DNA of 64,000 nucleotides from contig NC_081374.1 of NCBI RefSeq assembly GCF_030684315.1, positions 11,954,837 to 12,018,836 on the forward strand, read 5' to 3'. The position numbers were made by a program, and so were the translations under genes. This DNA is from Stegostoma tigrinum. Taxonomy: Eukaryota. Below the pieces are notes generated by a model. It ran no database searches. It was not told where the DNA came from and saw only the letters and a list, made by a program, of their open reading frames with translations. This document shows, piece after piece, positions 13,494 through 25,100 of this stretch (within the stretch, counting starts at the first letter, position 1; every line of letters begins with the position of its first letter).

Positions 13494-16093
13494 ATGTGGA
13501 TTGTGATTCTCCTCATTTGTTCCTTTCTCAATGAGTGACCGTCCGAGATGTTTATTTCACTAATTAATACTTATTAAAGCCTCCCATCTGGTTTATACTG
13601 TATAGAGGTGTTTACAGATTTGGAGACATGCAAAAACACAAAGGAACATCATGTTGACACAGCAGGTAATATCTTTATTGCTGTGGCAAATGCCTGAGAG
13701 TTTGATTCATTCTTGAGCACATTTTGCAAAGGAATGCGCATTCTCACAAACCCAAACAGGTTCATCATCATCCTGTAAATTCGTCCAATGTGCTCATGGC
13801 AGGGAGCAAGCGTGAATGAGATTCCAGGTCAGATTTATCCAGCGCAGTGTGATATCCCTCAAATTACACAAACTGGTCTCAGGAGGGTAAACTTTTCCAG
13901 GAAGAACAAACTCCAGAAATCTGATGCACTCTGAAACGCCAGCTTTTGTGCTGCTAAGATGCTGCTTGGCCTGCTGTGTTCATCCAGTTTCACACTTTGT
14001 TATCTGATGCTCCATGTGCTTTAAGGAAGCCTTTGAAGTTCAAATGAAAAATGTAAAAATACATGAACAACATCAGGAAATGTTACATCTTCTTCTGAAT
14101 ATATGATAATGTCATGGGACATAATTACCAAATACTTTACACCTGCATTAGTAATTATCAGTACAATGAAAAAGGACAGCAGAACATTTTTTTATAGTGA
14201 TTCAAACAGGATAAGCAATTGAGCTCGTCCAAAGTTTTTAATGTTTAATATGCACTGAAAACTGGTGTGCAAGACATCCCTCAAACAAAAGATCTTGGGG
14301 TTTGCTTTCATATTTTTAACTCTTATGGAACAATTCATTAAATATCGTTTTGCAAGGTGCTGTCACAAAAGTAAATGGTTGGAAGCTATTTCTTCCCATA
14401 AGGTGGTATTTTCCTTTCAGTCATTAACTTTAACTAAGCTGCTTATGGTTTTTTTTGCCCATCAATTATAACATTAAAATCTAACACTGCAGTAAAATGA
14501 TTGTTCAGTATTGTCTCTTCTCCTTCATTGATGATCAAGCAAATTTGAAACAAAATATTAAAATTCCAAGGCTCGGAGCTCAAGGAACCTTTCTGCAACA
14601 GTTTGAGAATCAAGCTCATCAATTTCATGTGGAATATCTTACAGACGGAAAACTGAAGCTTGTCGTGGTCGTCCATAATTGGAAAAGGAACAGGGTCCCT
14701 TGTGCTGTGAGGCATCGATGCAAACCTCTGAGCCACTTTACCACCCGTGATTAGGCTTCACATTTGTGAACTGTCCCTTGCTAAACTTCAAATCACTTCA
14801 TTATGTCCCTGAGGAATCTCATAATCTTCCTGTGTCACCTATTGGATCTCCACCTCACAATCAGAAAATTCAGCCCCTGTGCCCACCTTGAGCTGACACA
14901 CAAGCCCCCTATCCCTCCCTGGCTGAAAGCCTCACTCTCTGGTCAGAACAAGGACACTCCAGCCCCTGTAGCTTCCTTCACACTCATCCCCAGCTGACTC
15001 CAATCCAGGCCTGTCACTCAGGTTGCTCTCCAGGACGGCAAGATCTCGATGATGCCGCACACAGTGGAGTTCGAGACCACAGCGTGTAGCACAAGCACAA
15101 TTTCAAGTTTGGCCAAAACCCGACCAGTGAGGTAACACTGTTTAAGTTATTCCCCGTGAATCTGGAACACTCTGAGGACCTGATAAGGGTTTATATTAAT
15201 GATTACCTTCATCATAAATTGGATAGAATGGAACTGATTACAATGTAACTGAAAATGAAAAGCACTTCTTTGGAAATTTCCAAGTCTCTGAAATATTTTC
15301 TGCTCAGTTTCAGGTGCTTTATGGGCAGAGAGATCCTTGACGGGAATTTTGGGAAGAGCGATCATAATACATTGCCGCTACGAAGCACAGCGGTACCAGT
15401 CACACATTAAATATTGGTGTCACGGATGGACTCGTCAGTGTAATGTTATAGCAGCAACAAACTGGGCAAATGGGAGAATATCAATCACTGATAACAAAGC
15501 ACAAGGATTATTTCTTGTTACAATGAAGAACCTTCAATGGGGAGATGCAGGATGGTACAGCTGTGGGATTGACGCTCCAGGACTTGACCCACTGTTTAAT
15601 GTACAGCTGCACATCTCAGAAGGTACATATGTCTCACTGATATTATTTCAATTTTCAATTCTGCTGATATCTCTGATCAAATCTTTATCCAGGAAACAAG
15701 ATAACATAGTGTTGGAGGATATTTGATTTTTTGATGGCAGTCGATTTCTCAACAATTGTTTCTTTCCCACAGAAGCTGTCTCTACTCCCAAACTTCAGTT
15801 TTTGTCACAACCAAATGTCTCATGTTCTGGGGGCTCGGTCACCATCTCCTGTGAATCTGCCCGGGGATCCCTCCCCATTCTTTACACATGGTATGAGAGC
15901 TCATCTCAAAACTCAAAGATCTCTGGCACCAATAAACTGGATCTACATTGTCAATCCTTCACACAGCAACATCATCAGTATTACTGCACAGCCTCAAATA
16001 CTCAGGGAACAAAATCCAGTGAAATTGTTCGTGTGTCAGTCAACAATGTAACAGAGAAGAACTGCAGTTACACAGTGAAAATCAGCAGGATTG
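13494..16093 (+). pseudogene. Gene A: paralogous Ig receptor 5' half (exon 1 13494-13530, V exon 15308-15622, C2 exon 15773-16093); probably non-functional
   Basis: Leader MWIVILLICSFL is followed by ATGAGT instead of GTGAGT. V and C2 exons are intact and nearly identical to gene B. Homology to gene B ends at ~17126, before the stalk exon. Confidence 0.8.
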
Positions 16094-17513
16094 GTAAGTG
16101 TGAAGCAAACAATGTGATTTTTTTTGCTGAATGTCCGTTCAAACTAGATGCTTTTTGTCTCACTCTCTAAGGCTGTAATTGATAAAACTCACACCATTTG
16201 TTTCATTGCCAGTTCTGAACAAAACCATCGGTCTGCATTGTCCTTCAAAAATGAGCAGGTACATAAAATATTCCCCACAGCATGCATAAACACTGTACAA
16301 TCTCCAGTAATCCACAAAAATTAAAATAGTTTTAGATTGATGAACAATTTGAATTTTTCTATCAGATGGAATTATCAAACTCAGTGCATGACAGTTCTGT
16401 CCAGATTTTAGACAGATGTTGGGTATGGATTGGAGATGAGTTGTACAAATGAAATATATGAAAGTATTGACTGCAGGCATTTCCTGATATACTCTTGTGT
16501 TTGAGCTGTCAGAGAAGGAGCAGCTCAGCAACAAGTAGCGGTGATACACATAAACTGTATTTGGAACTATCAGCAGCGGCTCATGTGGCTGCTCTCTATC
16601 ATTGGTCACAAATATGCTGTGTGTTCAAGTTCCCCTTTGTGGTTAAAATGCAGCTGGATATCACTGCCCAGCAGAGAGAGGGAATGCTGTGGTCTTGCAG
16701 CTGAGACAGTGTCCATGAGGTAATAAACTGAGAACGTGTTCACCCTTTGGGTATGGCATCATTTGTAAACTGTTTGCAGAATGGAGAATTCCTGCTTAAA
16801 AGCAAGCATTCATTCCTCAAACAATATTGCTAAAAACAGCGAGATTTTTGTCAGAATTATATCAAAGCTTTTTGCTGCATTTAAATTAACTTCTACATAT
16901 TGCTGCATTACAACGGTTTGCTTGTTTCATAGAAGCACTTCTTCAAATGTGAGGTATTTTAGGGACTCCTGAGATCCTGTAAGGCATTATTTGATTCATT
17001 AATGCCCTTTTGGGAAGGAAACATGCAGTCCTTTCCAGCTCTGGGCTACATGTGACTCCAGCAATGAGCTTGATTCTTAAGTGCTCTCTTTAAAAGGCCA
17101 GACAGCCAACCAATCAGGGGTAATTCTCCCCCCACCCAGTGCATCCCAAAGCCCAGCTCGCCCCCACTGCATTCCAAAACTCAGCTCGTCCCCTCCCCCA
17201 CCACTGTGTCACAAAGCCCAGCTCATCCCCTGCAGCCCCAACTGAATCCTAAAACCAGCCCAGCTTGTCCCCTCCTCCCTAACCTGTTCTTCTTCTCACC
17301 TAACCGCTCCTCCCACCTCAAGCCGCATCTCCATTTCCTACCTACTAACCTCATCCTGCCTCCTTGACCTGTCCGCCCTCACCGGATTGACCTATTCCCT
17401 CCCTACATCCCCACCTATACTCTCCTCTCCACCTGTCTTCTCCTCTATCCATCTTCGGTCCACCTCCCACTCTCTCCTCATTTATTTCAGAGCCCTCACC
17501 CCATACCCCTTTT

Positions 17514-17541
17514 CTGATGAAGGGCCTAGGCCCGAAACGTC
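17514..17541 (+). ncRNA. Minimal hammerhead ribozyme core in a Penelope pLTR
   Basis: CTGATGA-A-GGGC-CTAG-GCCC-GAAACGTC; stem II is fully Watson-Crick here (C-G in place of U-G). Confidence 0.7.
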
Positions 17542-17659
17542 AGCTTTTCTGCTCCTAAGGTGCTGCTTGGCCAGCTGTGTACATCCAGCTCCACACTTTG
17601 TTATCTCGGATTCTCCAGCATCTGCAGTTCCCATTATCTCAGATCATGATATTCAAAGT

Positions 17660-20379
17660 GGTAATAAAGTGTGAAGCTGGATGAACACAGCAGGCCCAGC
17701 AGCATCTCAGGAGCACAGAAGCTGACGTTTCATGCCTAGACCCTTCATCAGAGAGGGGGATGGGGTGAGGGTTCTGGAATAAACAGGGACAGAGGGGGAG
17801 CCGGAACGAAGATGGAGAGAAAAGAAGATAGGTGGAGAGGAGAGTTTAAGTGGGGAGGTAGGGAGGGGATAGGTCAGTCCAGTGAAGACGGACAGGTCAA
17901 GGACGTGGGATGAGGTTAGTAGGTAGGAAATGGAGGTGCGGCTTGGGGTGGGAGGAAGGGATGGGTGAGAGGAAGAACAGGTTAGGGAGGCAGAGACAGA
18001 CTGGGCTACTTTTGGGATGCAGTGGGGGGAGGGGGCGAACTGGGCTGGTTTTGGGATGCAGTAGGGGAAGGAGAGATTTTGAAGCTGGTGAAGTCCACAT
18101 TGATACCATTGGGCTGCAGGGTTCCCAAGCGGAATATGAGTTGCTGTTCCTTCAACCTTCGGGTGGCGTCATTGTGGCACTGCAGGAGGCCCATGATGGA
18201 CATGTGATCTAAAGAATGGGAGAGGGAGTTGAAATGATTCGCGACTGGGAGGTGCAGTTGTTTATTGCGAACCAAGCGAGGGTGTTCTGCAAAGCGGTCC
18301 CCAAGCCTTCGCTTGGTTTCCCCAATGTAGCGGAAGCCACACCGGATACAATTGATACAGTATATCACATTGGCAGATGTGCAGGTGAACCTCTGCTTAA
18401 TATGGAAAGTCATCTTGGGGCCTGGGATAGGGGTGAGGGAGGAGGTGTGGGGGCAAGTGTAGCACTTCCTGCAGTTGCAGGGGAAGGTGCCAGGTGTGGT
18501 GTCATTGGAGGGCAGTGTGGAGTGAACAAGGGAGTCACGGAGAGATTGGTCTCTCCGGAAAGCAGACAAGGGTGGGGATGGAAAAATGTCTTGGGTGGTG
18601 GGGTCGAATTGTAGATGGCGGAAGTGCCGGAGGACCATTCATGACCTCATCACCTCAGGAGACCTCCCACCCACAGCCTCCAACCTTATTATTCCCCAAC
18701 CCCGCACGGCCCGTTTCTAACTCCTTCCCAAAATCCACAAACCTGCCTGCCCTGGTTGACCCATTGTCTCAGCCTGCTCCTGCCCCACCGAACTCATCTC
18801 CACCTATCTGGACTCCATTTTCTCCCCTTTGGTCCAGGATCTCCCTACCTACATCCGTGACACCACCCACACCCTCCACCTCCTCCAGAACCTCCAATTC
18901 CCTGGTCCCCAAAACCTCATTTTCACCATGGACGTCCAGTGCCTATACACCTGTATTCCGCATGCAGATGGCCTCAAGGCCCTCCGCTTCTTCCTGTCCC
19001 GCAGGCCTGACCAGTCCCCCTCCACCGACACCCTCATCCGCCAATCCGAACTCGTCCTCACCCTCAACAACTTCTCTTTCGAATCCTCCCACTTCCTACA
19101 GACAAAGTGGGTGGCCATGGGCACCCACATGGGCCCCAGCTATGCCTGCCTCTTTGCAGGTTACATGGAACAGTCCCTCGTCCGCACCTACACAGGCCCC
19201 AAACCCCACCTCTTCCTCCATTACATTGATGACTGTATCGGCGCCGCCTCTTGCTCCCCAGAGGAGCTCGAACAGTTCATCCACTTCACCAACACCTTCC
19301 ACCCCAACATCAAGTTCACCTGGGCCATCTCCAACACATCCCTCACCTTCCTGGACCTCTCAGTCTCCATCTCAGGCAACCAGCTTGTAACTGATGTCCA
19401 TTTCAAGCCCACCGACTCCCACAGCTACCTAGAATACACCTCCTCCCACCCACCCTCCTGCAAAAATTCTGTCCCCTATTCCCAATTCCTCCGCCTCCAC
19501 CGAATCTGCTCCCAGGATGAGGCATTCCACTACCGCACATCCCAGATGTCCAAGTTCTTCAAGGACCGCAACTTTCCCCCTTCAGTGGTCGAGAATGCCC
19601 TTGACCGCGTCTCCCACATTTCCCACAACACATCCCTCACACCCCGCCCCCGCCACAACCGCCCAAAGAGGATCCCCCTCCTTCTCACACACCACCCCAC
19701 CAACCTCCAGATACAACGCATCATCCTCCAACGCTTCCGCCATCTACAATCCGACACCACTACCCAAGACATTTTTCCGTCCCCACTCTTGTCTGCTCTC
19801 CAGAGAGACCACTCTCTCCTGCAGTGCCACAATGATGCCACCCGAAGGTTGCAGTAACCGCAACTCATATTCCGCTTGGGAACCCTGCAGCCCAATGATA
19901 TCAATGTGAACTAAACCAGCTTCAAAATCTTCCCTTCCCCCACCGCATCCTAAAACCAGCCCAGTTCGTCCCCTCCCCCCACTGCATCCCAAAAGTAGCC
20001 CAGCCTGTCTCTGCTTCCCTAACCAGTTCTTCCTCTCACCCATCCCTCCCTCCCACCCCAAGCCGCACCTCCATTTCCTACCTACCACCTCATCCCACCT
20101 CCTTGACCTGTCCATCTTCCCTGGGCTGACCTATCCCCTCCCTACCTCCCCACCTATACTCTCCTCTCCACCTATCTTCTTTTCTCTCCATCTTCGGTCC
20201 GCCTCCCCCTCTCTCCCTATTTATTCCAGTACCCTCTCCCCATCCCCCTCTCTGATGAAGGGTCTAGGCCTGAAACGTCAGCTTCTGTGCTCCTGAGATG
20301 CTGCTTGGCCGACTGTGTTCACCCAGCTCCACACTTTGTTATCTCGCATTCTCCAGCATCTGCAGCTCCCATTATCTCT
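17660..20379. mobile_element. Paralogous inverted-arm Penelope (17660-18634 minus; 18635-20379 plus)
   Basis: ORFs 18006..18638(-) GIY-YIG and 18829..19857(+) RT with YIDD; same switch point and same EN deletion (~19817) as the 2320-4660 copy; flanked by GATCATGATATTCAAAGT on both sides. Confidence 0.88.
20252..20279 (+). ncRNA. Hammerhead ribozyme core (pLTR)
   Basis: CTGATGAAGGGTCTAGGCCTGAAACGTC. Confidence 0.6.
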
Positions 20380-20397
20380 GATCATGATATTCAAAGT

Positions 20398-22170
20398 AGT
20401 GCTCAGTTACGAGTGGCATAACACAAGGATCTGTCCTGGATCCTCCTCTATTTGTGATTTTGGTAAATGATTTGGATGTAGGAGTGGAAGGGTGGATTAG
20501 TAAGTTCATGAATGATATGGTGGTGGTTCGGGTTGTCGATAGTGCAAAGGGCTCTTCCAGGTTCCAAAGGGACTTTGATGGGATGCAGAGCTGGGCTGAG
20601 AAGTCGCAGATGGATTTTAACCCTGAAAAGTGTGAGGTGATTCATCTTGGAAGGACAAATTTAAAAGCAGAATACAGGGTTAACGGAAAGATTCTTGACA
20701 GTGTGGAAGAGCAGAGGGATCTCACACTTCAGGTCCACAGTTCGCTTAACGCTGCCACCCAGGTGGGTAGAGTTGTTAAGAAGGCGTATGGTCTGTTTGC
20801 TTTCATTCATAGAGGGATTGAGTTCAAGAGCCATAAGGCTGTGCTCCAGCTGTACAAAACCCTGGTTCAGCCACATCTGGCGTATTGTATCCAGTTCTGG
20901 TCGCCTCATTACAGAAAAGATGTGGAAGATTTGGAAAAGGTGCAGAGAAGATTTCGTAGTATGTTGCCTGGAATGGAGGGAAGGTCTTATGAGGAAAGGT
21001 TGAGAGAGTTAGCTCTTTTCTCTTTTGAAGGATGAGAGATGCCTTGATGGAGGTGTATGAAACGATCAGAGGTATAGAAAGAGTGAACTGCCAGGGACGT
21101 TTTCCTCGAGTAGAGGTAGCTATCATGAGGGGCCATTTTTGTAAAGTGAGTTGAGGTAGATAAAGGGGAGGCGACAGAGGCAGGTACTTTACTCAGAGTA
21201 TGTTAAGGGCCTGGAATACATTGCAGGAGTGGGTAGTGGAGTCAGCCTCATTTGAATCATTTATGTGACAATTAGATAGGCAAATGGATACTTGTTTAAG
21301 GTTGGGGTGGAGATTAGATAGACTTTAGGTTTAGGGTCAAAGTTCAACATAACATTGTGGGCCAAAGGCCCTGTACTGTCCTGTACAGTTCTAGGTTCTA
21401 TGTTCTTGAAACACACGGAAGCTGGGGAACTCGGGAATATAAATATTGATGGCCGGATTACAGTCCATATTACAGAAGAAGAAATGCTGAAAGTCTTAAA
21501 AAACACAAAGGTGGATAAATCGGTGGGACCTGATTAAGCATGTCCCGGGACATTGTGGGAAGTTAGTGAAGAAATTGAGGGATCCCAAGTGGAGATATTT
21601 GTGTCATCCATAGTCACTTGTGACATGCTTGAGGGCTGGAGGCTGGCTAATGATAAGCCTTTATTTAAGCAAGGCTATAATGGGAAGCCTGGGAACTATA
21701 GGCCTGTGAGCCTGATATCAGTGATGGGTAAGTTGACAGAGGGGATTCTGAAAGATTGGATTTATATGCAATTGAAGCGGGAAGGACAGTTTAGGGTGAA
21801 TCAGTATCGCTTTGTGTGTGTGAAGTGTACCTTACAAACTTGTTTGAGTTTTTTGAGAATGAAACCAAAAGGATTTTTGCGGACAGAGAAGTAGATAGTG
21901 TCTGCACAGGCTTTAGTAATACGGTTCCTCATGGTAGATTAATTAGTAAAGTTAGGTCTCCTGGGATTGAGGGTGATCTTGCAAAATGGAACAAAATTGG
22001 CTTGACAGCAGGAGACAGGGTGTGGTGCTGGAGGACTGTTTTTTGGACGAGAGGCCTGTGACCAGTGAAGTTGCTCATGAATCAGTATAATTTATGTAAA
22101 CAATCTGGATAAGAACTTTGGAGACATGGTTCGAAAGTTTTCAGATGACACCAAAATTGGTGGTAAAGTT
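20398..22170 (+). mobile_element. CR1-type LINE fragments (ORF2 RT 3' end, then a second RT fragment); diverged paralog ~50380-52620; remnant 4670-5000
   Basis: NDLDVGVEGWISKF.ND, WAEK.QMDFNPEKCEVIH, QFWSPHYRKDV, PGNYRPVSL; many stops and frameshifts; ttctatgttct tail near 21335-21410. Confidence 0.85.
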
Positions 22171-25100
22171 GAGGGCAGTTCAGAGTCAACCACATTGCTG
22201 TGGGTCTGGAGCCACATGTAGGCCAGAACAGGAAAGGATGGCAGTTTCCCTCCCTCAAGGACATTAGTGAACCAGATGGGTTTTTCCTGACAATCGACAA
22301 TGATTTACCAGGATGTTACCGGAACTGGAGGGTTTCAGTTATGGGAACAGGCGAGAAAGGCTGGAAAGTTTTCCACAAGACGTTTTTATAATTCATTTAT
22401 TGGATGAGAGTGTTGCTGGCTACGCAGCATTTATTGCCCATCCCTAAATACCCAGAGGGCAGTTCAGAGTCAACCACATTGCTGTTGGTCTGGAGTCACA
22501 TGTAGTCCAGAACAGGAAGGGACAGCAGTTTGCTTCCCAAAAGAACGTTCATGAACCAGATGGGCATTTATGGACAACCCACAATGGATTCAGACTCATC
22601 ATTTGACTTGTATTTCCAAATATTTATTGAATTCAAATTCCACCATCTGCCATGGCGGGATTTGAACCCTGGTCCTCAGATCATAATCTGGGTCCCTGGA
22701 TTAACAATCCAGCGATAATACCATGAAGCCATTGCCTCTCCCGGAGTGTAGTATGCGTTGTAAATTTACGACAACAATGGCCATTTCTGATGAAAGGTTT
22801 AGGCCCGAAACATGAGCTTTCCTGCTCCTAAGATGGGCTTGGCCTGCTGAGATCATCCAGATCTACACCTTGTTATCTCCCGTGATGTGTTTCACTTTGA
22901 TACGGGATAGATCAATGTATATTTTTAAGGAGAGAGGGAGACTATCATAGCGAAAGAGGAAAGTGGGTGGAATATTTCCCTCCCTGGAACAATCACAGAA
23001 ATTACAAGAAGTTGGGAAAATATGCCAATCATGAAAGAATCAGAACTTCTCATCAAGGAAAGATTTTCCAATTTTCTCCTCAGGTGAATGAATGGCATCT
23101 TCAGAATCTCACTACTGAGTTGTGACTATCTTATTTCCATGTATATTTGTGCCTCGTTATGAGCCCAACTCTCACCTCTTTTTCACCATTTCCAATTGTG
23201 AACACTACTCACTGATTGCTTGTCCCAAACCTCACCAAGGCTTCATCTGTCTTCACCACGACATCCCTGCACCCACCCTGCAGACAATCCTCCACCCACT
23301 CTTTATCCGCTCAAGTCATCGTGAGCAAACCATCAGCTTTCCCTGCAGCATCAGAACTCCCCTCGCTCCAGCTCTCACACCACTTGAATTTGCAGCTCGG
23401 GGACACTTGTTTGCAGGCTGCCAGCCTCAGTGCTTTACATTGTTTTTAAACACAGAGCATTGTCATTGTGAACTGCAGCCTGCCAGACTCTGTGAGCTGC
23501 ATTGCATTGTACCACAGAGTTCAAAGTTGGCAACTTGTCACAGTGGGAGGCACTGAGCAGAAAAGGGAGTGAGCATGTCATTGTATGGCACCATACCATG
23601 TCAATGTCACTCTGATATTACTGGCCAATACCGCATGTGGCAAATATAGTGATCTACTTCAGTGAAATTGCCATGTCTGAAAGTGAATTGATGGAGACCA
23701 TTGCCTCACGGGGTGACTGGGGATTATCGGGACCCTGAGGCTGACACCTCAATCAGTTCAGATGCTCATTCAATTCCAGTCCATGGTCACTCAGTGCCTG
23801 ATCTAACCAGACTTTGGGGATCTGGTTCCTTGTCTTTCCTGGGCCTCATTCAGTCCCATAATTGAAGTGTATCCAGTCCAGGGATTACCGAGAGCGCAGT
23901 CTGGAAGCTTAGAGAAATTAGCTCGTGCACTGGGCCACTTTCATTGGAGCTCCCCTGCCGAGTCAGTCCACATTCGGGTTGGTGTAGGAGATGGTTTGAT
24001 CAGGAATGTTTTGTGGGTTCGTCAAGGCCGAGTCTCTGGAAGCCAGAGGGAAATGATCAAATCAAATCTGGAATAGGCTCGATTGGACTGAGAATGCTGA
24101 CAGTGAGTAAAGACAGTTCAAGATGAAAGAGTATTAAAAGAGGAAAATAAACAGAGTAGGATTTCCGGTCATCACAATTACACACCTACAGTCAGAAGAT
24201 GTACTTCCAGCTTGAAGACGTGAAAATCTTACAGTATTTGACAGGATGTACATTATATTTTTGGGTAATAAAATCATATTCATCAAGTCATATAGTCATA
24301 AAATGCAGAATTAAATCCTTCAGTCCAGTTCGTCCCCCTCGAACACACATCCCAATCTGACGTGGTCCATTTGTCAGTTTTGGCCCCACTAAACCTCTCC
24401 TATTCACATACCCATCCAGATGCCTTTTATATGCAGTAACTGTACCAGCATTCACCACTTCCTCTGGCAACTCATTGCATACCTGCACTGCCCTCTGCAT
24501 AAGAAAGTTGCTCCTCAGTTAGTTTGTCAAATCTTTTCCCTTTCACCTTTGACCGCTGCCCTTTGGTTGTGAACTCCCACACCAGGGAAAAAGACCAGGG
24601 CTATTCAGCCTGTCCAAGCCCTCATTTCAATTAGTTTATTTCCTATAGACATGTGTAATAATGTGGAATGTAGACAATGTGAATACTGTTGGGTACAGGT
24701 ACGGGTGAGTTCATATCTAACAGTTTGTTTTGGATATTATTACTTACAGAAGGCATTGTACGGAAGCTTGTTAGCTGTATGAATCAGATAAAAGCCTTGT
24801 TGTCATTTGAATGATGTGATCTGTTTGCCACATTTTCATATATACAGCTTCAATGCATGCATTAATAAATATTTAAACAAAGAAAACTGACTCTGTTCTG
24901 GTCAAAAGAGGAAACACCACATAAGATCACCCTTTTGGGGGGCTCTCATTGAACATCGGAAGTGCCAGAGAGAAAGGTTTTCCCAGGTCACAATCGCTTT
25001 AGCCTGTACATGGTGTGGGTTCAGGGCCAATAAAGACACTGAATTGTACACCAGAGAGGAGATCGTCTGCAATGTGCAAGGAAGCCTCTTCATTGGGAGG

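Noticed and set aside
15308-15622. Rearranging Ig/TCR/IgNAR V segment
   Set aside because: The V exon includes its own G strand and ends in a splice donor, no heptamer/nonamer RSS follows it, and it has the CD300/pIgR-type extra Cys pair.
18494-19390. Ser/Pro/Thr-rich ORFs (also 3261..3779, 1501..1836) as mucin-like stalks for the receptor
   Set aside because: They are alternative frames of the C-rich Penelope RT sequence.
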